Under the pieces are notes generated by a model, which did not search any database, had not been told where the DNA came from, and saw only the letters and a program-made list of their open reading frames with translations. The position numbers and the translations under genes are program-made. A stretch of 63,581 nt of DNA, filler included, from Octopus bimaculoides (lineage: Eukaryota), in NCBI RefSeq assembly GCF_001194135.2. It is 5 parts of 5 records of this genome, joined end to end, with 100 filler letters (N's around TTAATTAATTAA, not from the genome) between each part and the next. Parts side by side here need not be neighbours in the genome. Positions count along the whole stretch, not along the records: positions 1 to 14,353 come from NC_068984.1; 4 more parts are not named here. One strand, written 5' to 3'. Positions 1 through 11,699 of this stretch are shown piece after piece; within the stretch, counting starts at the first letter, position 1; each line of letters begins with the position of its first letter.

Positions 1-245
1 AGGGTTAATTGTTTCAGAATCGTTTGTTTATGTAGTCGGCACTTAACGTATATCGGCTGAATGGACGTCAGTGATTGGTTGAAATTACAGAAATACGACA
101 ACTTTAACATGGAATAACTTATGGATTTCTTTTTTTTTAAAGAAGACTAAGAGAAAAAGATGTTTTGTATGACACATTCTACCAGTGTTCCAAGTTTCAA
201 AGTGTTTCGTTAATGAAAAATGTGGCCCCCGTTTTAAAAAAAGAT

Positions 246-258
246 CCTATCTATCTAC

Positions 259-317
<59 letters not shown>

Positions 318-420
318 GCTATCTATCTAGCTAGCTAGCTATCTATCTATCTATCTGTTTATCTGTCTGTCTGTCTGTCTAGCTATCTATCTATCAACAT
401 ACCTATCTGCACATATCTAT
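246..420. repeat. (CTAT)n / (CTAG) / (CTGT)n compound microsatellite
   Basis: Direct reading of tandem tetranucleotide units. Confidence 0.95.
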
Positions 421-483
421 ATATGATACAAAAATAAAAAAAAAAAACACGAAGACGAGGTTAAAAAATATAGGGTGTATTAG

Positions 484-580
484 GCTGATGCTCAGGAAAA
501 CTGAAAGAAGATTTTAACGTTTCGAGCCCGTGCTCTTCTACAAGAAAGAAAGCTAAGGAGAGGATGAAGATGGATTAAAA
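484..580 (-). mobile_element. Penelope-like terminal-repeat fragment with degenerate hammerhead-like motif
   Basis: Minus strand reads TTGTAGA-A-GAGC-ACGG-GCTC-GAAACGTT-AAAAT, homologous to the motifs at 35574-35608 and 45682-45717. Confidence 0.55.
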
Positions 581-873
581 AAAAACGCTGTGTGTGTGTG
601 TGTGTGTGTGCGTGCGCGCGTCTGTCTGTATGTATGTATGTACGAAGGTACGCACTTGTAACTGTGTTTTTGCTTGTGTTTGTGTGCATGTAAACATGAA
701 GGTCTTGTATGATTTGAAAACTCAAGGAAAACTATTCAGCTTAATTACGCAGTGAAATTTATAGATTGCTTTTAAGGATGCTAATGTGTTAAACCATAAA
801 GCAATACCTTTTCGCTCGCGTCTAGTGTAGCACGATATACAATCTTGATTTGATGTATTGTTTTCAAAGTATA

Positions 874-915
<42 letters not shown>

Positions 916-1299
916 NNNNNNNNNNNNNNNNNNNNNNNNNNNNNNNNNNNNNNNNNNNNNNNNNNNNNNNNNNNNNNNNNNNNNNNNNNNNNNNNNNNNN
1001 NNNNNNNNNNNNNNNNNNNNNNNNNNNNNNNNNNNNNNNNNNNNNNNNNNNNNNNNNNNNNNNNNNNNNNNNNNNNNNNNATTCCTGCAGAACTAATGTG
1101 GGGTGTAGAATATGGAATATACAATATATAATATAATATACAATATACAATATAAAATAAAATAAAATAAAAATGGATGGCACCATGAAAGAAAGTATTG
1201 AATGTAGATGAAATATTGAGTGTTCAATATAAAGGATCAAATATATAAATATATAAATATAAATATAAATATATAAAGGCGACTCGAGTTTCAGGGCTA

Positions 1300-1549
1300 T
1301 TTCCCTTCGTCATGCCGCTTGAAAAGAAGATTTCAGGACGTCGAAGAAATCAAAGTGAATGCAACGTGGCAGCTGCTGATTATTCTAGAAAAGCAGTTCC
1401 AGGAATGCTTCCATCAATGGAAACAGCGCTGGATAAAGTGCCTGGCTTCCAAAGGGGACTACTTTCAAAGAGATTAGATGCCAAATTGGTAGGTGTTGTA
1501 GTCTTGTTTTTATAGTAACAGTCCGGATACTTGTTGATAGGACTCTGTA
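1300..1549 (+). mobile_element. Tc1/mariner 3' fragment: transposase C-terminus plus terminal inverted repeat
   Basis: 1319-1477 translates LKRRFQDVEEIKVNATWQLLIILEKQFQECFHQWKQRWIKCLASKGDYFQRD*, matching the mariner C-terminal pattern (W..C....GDYF); followed by TIR-like CAGTCCGGATACTTGTTGATAGGACTCTG and TA. Confidence 0.85.
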
Positions 1550-2059
1550 TGTATGCATGTATGTTTGTTTGTATGTATGCATGCATGTATGTATGTATGT
1601 ATGTATGTATGTACGTAAGTATGTATGTATGTATGTATGTGTGTGCGTGTGTGTTTGTGTGTGTGCGTATTATGAATATATTATTAATTATTTGTAATAT
1701 ATTTGTAACAAAATTCCATTTACTTATTTCCACAAATCTCTTGCTCACAGAGTAAATATGCGACTATTTACATAAAATACTGAATTCTTACATGTCTCTA
1801 TGGAATTGGTCAGTAAGTTAATTAAGCTATCTTTGTAGAATCGAGTTGCCAACAGATTCCTCCGAGACATACAATCCCGTTGTTGAGGTAGGTGACAGTA
1901 TAACAGAAAAATATTTGTACCTGGTTTAGGAATGCTCCGCCTATGACTCAGTCGAGTGAAAACAGTTGCATATATTCATATATTCTAGAGCAGCAAGAAG
2001 TAGGGGATCGATTCTAGTAATCGCTTCTGAGTTTATTGTATTATTTTTTTTTTAAATAT

Positions 2060-2458
2060 ATTTTTATTAGTTTCAGCTCAAGGGTTGTGGTCATGCTGGG
2101 TTACCGCCAAGTGGTGTTGTCATACCTTCATTAATTCTCCTTTGATAGTTGGTGTTTAATGAATGAAGGTGTTTGATGTTGCTACCCTCATTCTCACTTT
2201 CTGCCGTCAAGTTGTCGTGAAGTTTCGTCTTGAAGTTATCTACATCCGCAACATGTAGGTCTCTCAGTTCGTTCGGGAGGATATTGAAGAGCTGTGGGTC
2301 CTTGAATCCCAAGCTATTGCAGTATCTAGCCCTATTTTTTGACAGCAGGGAAGGAATTTTAGGCACTATGCAATGGTACCCAGTCCTGGAGTTTGTATAA
2401 CTTCCAACGCTAAAGTCTAGGAAAATCCTTCCAAGATCTTCTAGATGTATATTATTTG
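2060..2458 (-). mobile_element. CR1-group LINE 3' fragment (ORF2 C-terminus plus 3' tail)
   Basis: Translates ...HCIVPKIPSLLSKNRARYCNSLGFKDPQLFNILPNELRDLHVADVDNFKTKL; the tail GGCGGTAACCCAGCATGACCACAACCCTTGAGCTGAAACTAATAAAA ends in an A/T-rich run. Confidence 0.8.
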
Positions 2459-2499
2459 TTTTTATAACACATGGCTTCTTTTATTTTTATTATTTTTTT

Positions 2500-2710
2500 T
2501 ATCTTTTACTTCTCTTAGTGGACGGCGGCCATGCCGGGGTACCGCCTTGGAGGGTTTAGTCGAGGTTAGGTATTTTGTTTTGTTAAGATCTACATGTTCT
2601 ATTGACTCCTTTTTGCCGAACCGATAAGTTACAGGAACCCAAACAAACCAACACCGGTTTTCAAGCGGTTCTGGGGGACAAAACACAAAGACACACAAGT
2701 TCACACACGC
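2500..2710 (-). mobile_element. SINE family B (CORE-type, internal microsatellite), 3' half
   Basis: Homologous to 14011-14195, 24576-24785 and 53087-53235; abuts a (CA)/(TATG)/(TA) tract. Confidence 0.8.
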
Positions 2711-2764
2711 AACACACACACATATAGGTATGTATGTATGTATGTATGTATGTATGTATGTATG

Positions 2765-2795
<31 letters not shown>

Positions 2796-2873
2796 NNNNN
2801 NNNNNNNNNNNNNNNNNTAACTACTGTTCTCATATTCGGTTAAAATGTCTTACGTTTAAGCTGGTTCCCATGC

Positions 2874-2963
2874 ATTTCCCTGAAGAGAAGATTACATTCT
2901 TAACAACATCACCGATTCCTATGGAAGGTATAATTTGTAATCTTCGAAACATATGTTGGAAAT
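2874..2963 (+). ncRNA. Type I hammerhead ribozyme motif (PLE terminal-repeat type)
   Basis: ATTTCC|CTGAAGA|GAAGATTACA..39 nt..TGTAATCTTC|GAA|AC-ATAT-GT|T|GGAAAT: 6-bp stem I, all conserved core nucleotides, 10-bp stem II, 2-bp stem III with palindromic loop, GUU site. Activity is not demonstrated. Confidence 0.85.
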
Positions 2964-3033
2964 AAAAGTATGCAGTTAACATATGCGTTTTACTCCATTC
3001 ACTAAATTTATACATATATGTATATATACAATT

Positions 3034-3188
3034 GGCTTCCAGACAGTTTCCATTTACCAAATTCACCCAGAAGGCATTGGTCGACCTAGGGCTATAAGAG
3101 AAAGCACAAATCCAATTTTGTTGCAGAGAGATTGAACCCGAAACCATGTGATTGCAAAGCGAGCTTCTTAATCACATAGCCATGCCTG
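3034..3188 (-). mobile_element. SINE family B 5' half (tRNA-derived head plus CORE-like domain)
   Basis: Minus strand CAGGCATGGCTATGTGATTAAGAAGCTCGC..GGTTTCGGGTTCAATCTC with A/B boxes, then ..GAATTTGGTAAATGGAAACTG; probably the same copy as 2500-2710. Confidence 0.75.
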
Positions 3189-3447
3189 TTTGCAAATATA
3201 TGATCTCCATTACTGCACCTCTTCTTTTATAATTCCATTCACATCTAGGATCCATTGCAAGAACATAACACCAATACTCGGCACATACTGTATTTTACTG
3301 ATTCCGGAAGAAACACAGGCAAAGTTGATATTAGCACCATGGAAACTAAGAATATAAAAAGATATTAACTAAACAGTGCTGGCAATTTGTCTCTCGCTCA
3401 ACCGTTCCGCCTTCGCCAACAGTTATGCGAATTAGACATACCAGTTT

Positions 3448-3521
3448 AGTTACGTAGTTAGTATACACTATAGTTACGTAGTTAGTATACACTATAGTTA
3501 TGCAGTTAGTATGTGCACTAT
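3448..3521. repeat. 24-bp minisatellite, about 3 copies
   Basis: AGTTACGTAGTTAGTATACACTAT twice exactly, plus one diverged copy. Confidence 0.9.
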
Positions 3522-3834
3522 AATTAGTTATAAGTTTAATTCTCTCCATGGAAAAAAAAAGGTAATTGCTCCCTAATGAGGATGTAACAAAACTAGTCAA
3601 AATCAATATATTTTCCTATTCACGAAATCATAAGACTATGATGTAACCAGTTTGCTTATTGTTCACAGCGAGGCTAAATGGTATGCTTACTAAAGAGGTT
3701 TAATTTACATGCTAAATAATCTGTGTGCATGTGCACGCGCGTGCAGTAAATGCAAGCATATTCATATATGTATTGTACACACACACTTATATATATGCAT
3801 ATATACATGTACATATATGTACATACTTATATAC

Positions 3835-4478
3835 ATATGTATATATACATGCATATATGGGTACAGGACGTCATAAAACGTAGACAACATGAAATACGAA
3901 GAAACACTTTTGTATGCGAACAACGAAAGAAACAAATTCGTTTTTTCTCTCTCGTCCTTTCTCTAATGTTATACCCCCTTCACCGTCTTCCATCTGTCCC
4001 CCTCTCTCTCACTCTTCCTCCTTTACTCTCTCATTGCTCACACGTGACCATCGTCCATCTTTCTTTTCTTTCGGTATGTCACAGACCAGACGCATTCTTG
4101 TCTGTCTCCTCTCCTATCTTTTCTCCTGTCAAAGATTGTTCCTCCAGCGTTCGCCTAGCGGTCCTCACTGTTTGTTTCCACTATCCTGTTTTTGTTACTA
4201 ACTTTGACCCTCGCAAATCCCAAATTTTATTTTGGTTCGCGGGAGCAATTTTTTTTTTAGAACGCACATATTGTGAATTGCTCGAAATGTGGAGTAGATA
4301 AACAGCCGACGACTGATGAAGGGTCGTTCTTTATGTTACTTAGCTTCTTTTCCATTTGTTTCTTTCGTTGTTCGCATACAAAAGTTTGTCTTCGTATTCC
4401 AGGTTTTCGTATTTCGTATTTCATGTTGTTTACGTTTTATGACGACCTGTACCCATATATGCATGTATATATACATAT
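3835..4478. mobile_element. Non-autonomous element with about 100-125 bp inverted arms (probable PLE derivative or foldback element)
   Basis: 3835-3937 is the reverse complement of 4354-4478 (one arm has an insertion of about 22 bp); the spacer contains GCTCGAAATGT and CTGATGAAGGG. Confidence 0.6.
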
Positions 4479-6429
4479 ATATGTAAGTATATATGCATAN
4501 NNNNNNNNNNNNNNNNNNNNNNNNNNNNNNNNNNNNNNNNNNNNNNNNNNNNNNNNNNNNNNNNNNNNNNNNNNNNNNNNNNNNNNNNNNNNNNNNNNNN
4601 NNNNNNNNNNNNNNNNNNNNNNNNNNNNNNNNNNNNNNNNNNNNNNNNNNNNNNNNNNNNNNNNNNNNNNNNNNNNNNNNNNNNNNNNNNNNNNNNNNNN
4701 NNNNNNNNNNNNNNNNNNNNNNNNNNNNNNNNNNNNNNNNNNNNNNNNNNNNNNNNNNNNNNNNNNNNNNNNNNNNNNNNNNNNNNNNNNNNNNNNNNNN
4801 NNNNNNNNNNNNNNNNNNNNNNNNNNNNNNNNNNNNNNNNNNNNNNNNNNNNNNNNNNNNNNNNNNNNNNNNNNNNNNNNNNNNNNNNNNNNNNNNNNNN
4901 NNNNNNNNNNNNNNNNNNNNNNNNNNNNNNNNNNNNNNNNNNNNNNNNNNNNNNNNNNNNNNNNNNNNNNNNNNNNNNNNNNNNNNNNNNNNNNNNNNNN
5001 NNNNNNNNNNNNNNNNNNNNNNNNNNNNNNNNNNNNNNNNNNNNNNNNNNNNNNNNNNNNNNNNNNNNNNNNNNNNNNNNNNNNNNNNNNNNNNNNNNNN
5101 NNNNNNNNNNNNNNNNNNNNNNNNNNNNNNNNNNNNNNNNNNNNNNNNNNNNNNNNNNNNNNNNNNNNNNNNNNNNNNNNNNNNNNNNNNNNNNNNNNNN
5201 NNNNNNNNNNNNNNNNNNNNNNNNNNNNNNNNNNNNNNNNNNGGGGAGAGAGAGATGGTGGGGTGGGGAGAGAGAGATGGTGGGGTGGGGAGAGAGAGAG
5301 AAGGATAGATGAGCGAGGGAAAGAGATGAGGATTTTCGTACATATGCATGAATATTTGCATCTATTCATGCAGAAGGCACTCATATACACACGTGTATGC
5401 ATGATTGATAGTCTTGCGCAATGAGAGTGACTATATATAAATAGCAGACTAAGTAGATTATTCACACCTACTATATACATTACATTCCGATAACTCTAAA
5501 TAACTAGAATCTATGACGTAAATCGCTCTAGTTCCGGTGCCGTGTTTGTTTGTTTGTTTATTTATTTTCTTACCTTTTATTTTTGTTTTATTTTTTTCTT
5601 CTTCAGATTTTCGTAAGAAAATGAAATTACGTTTATCATTTTCCGACAAGTTTTGATAAATGGAACAGCTCAGAAGTACTTCATTTGTCTGTTTTTAAGT
5701 CTTCTTTCTCTTCATTTTCTTCTACCTTTCACGTAATTTTCTCTAAAGCGACACGCCAAAATTAACGTGTGGGAGTTTTAAGCAAACAAACAAACATGTA
5801 GGTTAGCTACTTATTTAACTAAAGAGAAGTGGAGTTTGTTTTCATCTTTATTTCTTGTCTTCTTTGTTTTTGTCTTGATATTTTTCTTTAGAAAATGAAA
5901 TTATTATCTTTCTGGTGACGTTGGTGGTGAATTGATAAATATAAGGTATGAAAATGCAGCAAATGTCTATTTTTTTCCCCCTTTTATCTGTACCCATCAA
6001 TCATATTATTTCTTTCTATCTGTCATGTAATTTCACAAACAAACTGACATACCAAATCATACTCTATTTTTAAGCTGTTAAACAACAACAACAACAATAA
6101 CGACAAGAGCAACAACAACGATAACAATAAGAAGACCAACCGTACCAACAGCTAAACAAGAAATCAAACTCAATAACCTAATAATCAGGCAAAGAATCAA
6201 GCGTGTAAGTAAGTAATCAATCAAAGTCTGTTCTCAAGTAGTTGTCGCTTTAAACATCAACGATGTCGACGACGATGACGGCAACAACAATTACAATAAC
6301 AACAACAGCAATAAATATAACACTTAACCATTCAATCAAATGTATGCGATGCTCAACAAGAATTTTGAGGTTGTATTTCCTGTAGAGTAGATGCAAAGCT
6401 GACATCCGAAGACTGCGATTACGATCGAG

Positions 6430-7549
6430 TTGAAACTCAATTAACTTTGATACATTTATTCAAAGATCTCCTTCTCACCCTTCAAACACCACCGTCTCTG
6501 CGATTATCGGATCGATGCCATAATACCCTCGCAACTACCCTCTTATTTCTTTACTGCCCACGAGGGGGTACACACAGAGGAGACAAACAAGGACAGACAA
6601 ACGGATTAAGTCGATTATATCGACCCCAGTGCGTAATTTAATCGACCCCGAAAGGATGAAAGGCAAAGTCGACCACGGCGGAATTTGAACTCAAAACGTA
6701 GCGGCAGACGAAATACCGCTAAGCATTTCGCCCGGCGTGCTAACGTTTCTGCCAGTTCGCCGCCTTTCGTAACTACCCTTTTGCCCACAACACAGCCATA
6801 TACCTCGCAATTCCTCCTCCTCCCAAACTATATGGCACTTCAAGTCAGCTGATTTACCGTCAGTTAGTTCCAAGATAATGAACTTTGGCAGCACATATGC
6901 TTCACTCCTGACTCTTCAGAGGTAGCTTGACGAATGACTGAAATTATTCATTCCAGCATGTCCTTCCACATAACAGACACGATCAGTGTCTTTTTAGCAT
7001 TAAATTACCCAAGTGGTGCACTCATAGATGCCCTGAAGCGATCAGCCAAAAATACGATTTACAACGCTTAGACGTCTCTTACCTTGCACGTTAAATCTTG
7101 CATGGCAATCATCTGAAGTGTGAAGGATATCTCTGTGCATCGCATAGTTTAGTCTCCCTCACATCCCAAATGGTATCCGATCATTTGAGCCTTTTGCCAA
7201 AAGCTCTCTGCCAATTGCGGAATCCTCTTTCTTTCCAACTCTCAAAAACGATGAATCTGTAAGCAGTACTGCTGCATTTGTTACCCGATTTAAGCCAACT
7301 TCAAGATGCACGCACTTGCTAAATCTGTTTCAAAATTTTCTCTTCCGCTTTCACTAGGTTGTTGAGGTCCTAAACATAAACGCCGGTCGCTTTCGATAAG
7401 GACATCGACCCTGAGAAAGTCCTTTCCATTGCACTCAAACAATGCACTCCAGAAGTTTCCTCCAATTTTACCAAAATCTTCAATCCTTCCTCCTCTCTCC
7501 TATTTCCCTCTCCTCTCTCCTATTTCCCTCTCCTCTCTCCTATTTCCCT

Positions 7550-7638
<89 letters not shown>

Positions 7639-8720
7639 ATATATATATCTTTCCAGCGATCTATCTGATCATAAGAAATATCTTAAAATATGTCCAATTC
7701 CCAATGATCATCCAAGCGCTCTCACTTCGAACATCTCAAAGATGTAACGCATTCGACCATCTGTCTCTGATAAGAGAAACTACCAGAAAAAAAAAGCCCG
7801 CCTATGAGCTTCATCCGTCTCTCCTCCTGAATCGAAAGTTTACTGCAAGATCGCACAATCACAACGCAGACACCCATTAACTCTGGCGTGCCTCAAATTT
7901 TGTTTTTGTTCCCCCACTCATCCTTTTAATACGTCAACAACCTACATGCCGTCACCTCCTCCAATACCCACTCCAATGAACATAATACCACTTTCATTCC
8001 TTGTTTGCTTTCCATACTCAAGCGTCATCTGCTTGCTACTTAGATAACTCACGCCAGGCTTGCAATGGTTCCATCAACAAAGACTTAGAGAACATCCTTC
8101 CTCTTTTACCAACACAGAAGCATTAGTCCAACACATCAGAAAAAAAAAAAAACAGCTCCTGGTTCATCCTCCTAAACTTGATCAGTACGCAACTAGATAC
8201 CTCAAGATTGTCACAAATGTTAATTCTCACAATGACAAAGGATCCCTCCTGGTGAGCGCACATCCTCGATGTGGTCAAAACCGCATCACAAATTCAGGTT
8301 AAGAAAATGCTTTAGCATTCCACACTACTAAACTACGAACCCTCTACAAAATTGAAATAAGGCTCATAATAGAGCATTGCCACCCCCACCCCCAACTGGG
8401 ACGATGCTGCAGATACACATACAAACGATCTGAACTGCATTAAAAAAGACTACCCCCACTGAATAGCAGGAAGTCACTTATCAACACACTCGAACCTGAT
8501 GTTCACATTCGACCCTGCTGTCTTCTCTTCCTACCACTCTTTCTCGCTCTAGCTTCTCTGCAACCACTACAGTGACTTATGTTCCTCAGAGTTGATTAGT
8601 CTCTCGTGCCCTCTTGTTATAGTCACCTAAATGTTATACATACCTGGCCCATCTTGAAATTGTTCCTCGCCGGTGTTTTTCTTGCAACCATCAAATTTTT
8701 AACTATTTAATAGGAAAGGC
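6430..8720 (+). mobile_element. Highly decayed CR1-group LINE ORF2 (endonuclease end, linker, RT), interrupted by a SINE and a microsatellite
   Basis: Frameshifted motifs in colinear order: DLLLT (about 6465), WHFKSAD (6833-6853), IALKQCTPEVS..F.KIFN (about 7430-7485), NISK..AFD (about 7735-7760), INSGVPQ (7876-7896), YVNNL, LYK..IR..IEHC (about 8345-8380). Confidence 0.7.
6545..6766 (-). mobile_element. SINE family A (tRNA-derived) with target-site duplication
   Basis: Head GGCGGCGAACTGGCAGAAACGTTAGC..GAGTTCAAATTCC, central CTTTCATCCTTTCGGGGTCGAT; TSD TCGCAACTACCCTCTT (6529-6544) / TCGTAACTACCCTTTT (6767-6782). Confidence 0.9.
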
Positions 8721-9089
8721 AACTAATTCAATTTTGACCAAAGCAAAAAAGAACCAAGAATGCTCTTTTGGACTAATTTAACGCCTTCTAGGATCAGTTA
8801 CTTGATTTTATTTGGTTTTATGGGACCAGCTAACCATACTGTCAGTCCACCAATCAACTGAATAACAATCCAAATAACTAAACAAACAACCAATTAGGAA
8901 ATCCTCTACTTTTTGTTGCTCGACCACTAAAAATAGTAACCAAGTCTTCTTCATTACACGCTCTGTCGTCCTAGGGAAGATAGGATATTGTAATCCTACA
9001 TACATTATTTCTAGTAAAAGAAAATTATAGTCTAATGAAAGATTGAAAGCTTTTCATTATGGGTTTTCTCAAATAGGACTGATTAGGAG

Positions 9090-9720
9090 TTGAACAAGAA
9101 ATCGAACAAACACCTGACCCACAGACAAGCTAACCAATTTACAAACCAGCCAGTCAATCAATTATTCAACCAACTCACCCACTCACTCACAAACCAACCA
9201 GCCGACCAACCAACCGACCAACTAACCAACCAACCAACCACTAATCAACCAATTAATCAACCAAATCAACAAATCACTTAGTCAACAAAACCAATAAGCC
9301 AGCTAACCAGTTAACCAAGCAACTAACCAACTGTCCATCCAATCAACTAAATAACGAACTAAACAAATAAACAAACAAACGAACGAACAAACAAACAACG
9401 ACTCAAACAATCACGAAACAACCAATCACTTCAACAATTAACGAATCAGTCAACCGATCAACCAACCAGTCATATAACTTACTAGCAACCGACCAATGAA
9501 TTAATCAATGAATTAACCAGTTCATAAAAAAAAAACAGTCAATCAGCCAACAAACCAACAAACCTACCCATGCACACAACCAACCAACCAACCAACAAAC
9601 CAACCAACCAACAAACCAACCAACAAACCAACCAACCAACCAGCCAACGAGTAAATCAATTGACAAACAATGCATGAACTAATAACAAGTCAACCAACCA
9701 TCGCTACAACCATATAATCA
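9090..9720. repeat. Degenerate (AACC)/(AAAC) low-complexity tract
   Basis: Strongly A/C-biased, with decayed tetranucleotide units. Confidence 0.85.
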
Positions 9721-11519
9721 AGCAAACTACAATTCGATATGCTTGTTTTATTAACTCGTTATCACACCATAAGCGAAGGACCTATTAGAAATGTATTCCT
9801 AGATAAACAATAGACGCATTTCGCTGCGGTTATGTTCAGTCCAGAGCTAACGATGATGGCGACTCTAAGTGTTTTCTTGTTCTGCTATAAACAGCAAAGA
9901 AATATCCTGTAGAAGCCTCTGACTGGTCGTTCGGCTTGTAAGAAACAATAGCCAAATGATCCTCATATAACACAATTAGATAATCTTATGTTAGATATCT
10001 TACCAAAAGATGGAGTGGTCAGTTAGAATGCCTTTGAAATGAATGCGTTTTTTTTTCGATCAAGTTTGACTTGGAGCTAAATGACAACACACGACACCCC
10101 ATAAACACCTCAACGTTAGTAAATAACAACTACTCTCGTCACTTTGCCATCATCTCAACAGTATTACCTGCAACCGTCATCGTCATCATCACTATCACCC
10201 TCAGTACCTCTAACAACACACTTCTAACCATCACTATTACAACCTCCACAAGCTATAAATACCTTCATCAGTATCACTACCACAATCTTCAATATTATTA
10301 CCACAAATGTTACAACAATCAATATCTCACCAATACCGCAACTATCACCGCTTTCCATCATCCCCGTCACTCTTTGCCTCCTCCAGCATCTATATGAAAA
10401 CCATTACTCCACAACCTGGTCATCAACAACTTCACTGCCATCATCATCATTGCTCTAGTCTACATTTACCCCATAACAATAACAAAGTAAACCAGAATTT
10501 AAATCATCAATACCACCACAAATAAAACAAATCAGGGCTAACAAGGCACTCAAATCTCTTTCAAATTACATCTTATCCTTTAATAAAAGGAAGAGTACAT
10601 TGTAAAGTATAGTTCTATTTACACAAAAATGCGGGATGGTCACAGTTGTAATGTCTTTGATTTAAAGACCTGAGGCTAAACACCTGCAATAGAACTTAGA
10701 CTTTGTTCTAGTAGGATCAAACCTTTGGAGATCCAATTGCCCAATCCCTTTTTCTTTTTATCTAAAGATAGTTTTAAAAAAGCCATTGATCAAACCTCTG
10801 CCACACGTAACATATTTCCTCTGTTATACCATATTTTTTTCTGCTTTTTCTAGTGCTCTCTTTTTCTATTATCTTGTTTCCACTCCTTTTTCGCCTCCCT
10901 TTCTTCATCCCCACTTTAGTTAAAATGTTTTTGCTAGTGTTGTCACATAGCCAAATTTAATACTCAGATAGATAATATCTTCCGGAAGTTTGGTGTCTGT
11001 TAATTCTTTCTAAGATTTTCACTACTTAATTTCCTTTTGTTTTACTCGACAGATCTTGATGATGGAGCAAATGAGAGAAAAATACTTCCAATAAAAGCGC
11101 TGGAGATAGTCGTCGTGATGGAGTGAACCATTTCACATCCACTTTTCGTGATGCTTATTAATATTTAAAGACTCAAGAAATTACATACGTGAAAAGAAAA
11201 TCCGATAAACTCTTGCACTGCGTCTACTGCAGAATTCCATGGATGATAGCACTGAATACTGCAGTAATGGAAACGAGATAGAAAAAAAAAAAAAACTGGA
11301 AATTCTCCTAACCTGACTGGATGAGCTATTTCAGTCGTAGACTTCTTATCGAAGCTAAGAAGTGTTATAGTTTATTCATAGTGCAGGAGTTCGTAAAGAA
11401 TTTCTATTTTGGAATTGGAGAGATGGGTTACGCCAGCCATCAAGGAGTAGTCTATTAAAAGATTTAGTCATCGTCACATACTCCCACTAAACGATGTCTA
11501 GGATAGTTGCGATAGTTGG

Positions 11520-11660
<141 letters not shown>

Positions 11661-11699
11661 ATGGGTAAAGTAAAAGCTAATGACACTTTCAATTTTGTT

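Noticed and set aside
1-245. Probable end of a non-autonomous DNA transposon (similar-looking blocks at 31085-31400 and 39620-39811)
   Set aside because: No paired TIR or TSD is visible in the window, so no family can be supported.
1839-1887. 49-nt AG..GTAGGT exon-like segment and an upstream GTAAGT
   Set aside because: The implied intron is only 26 nt and the peptides are unrecognisable; not supportable without RNA data.
4280-4330. Type II hammerhead from GCTCGAAA..CTGATGAAGGG
   Set aside because: No credible stem I or stem III and no NUH site; at most a relic.
4273-5480. Long ORFs in the supplied track (here and at 17-19, 31-32, 50-52 and 62 kb)
   Set aside because: They stay open only because of N gaps and dinucleotide repeats (YI, HT, CV, LS runs).
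6800-7100. Apparent minus-strand endonuclease-like words (GNFNA)
   Set aside because: The plus strand gives a colinear series of CR1 motifs across the same region, which explains it better.
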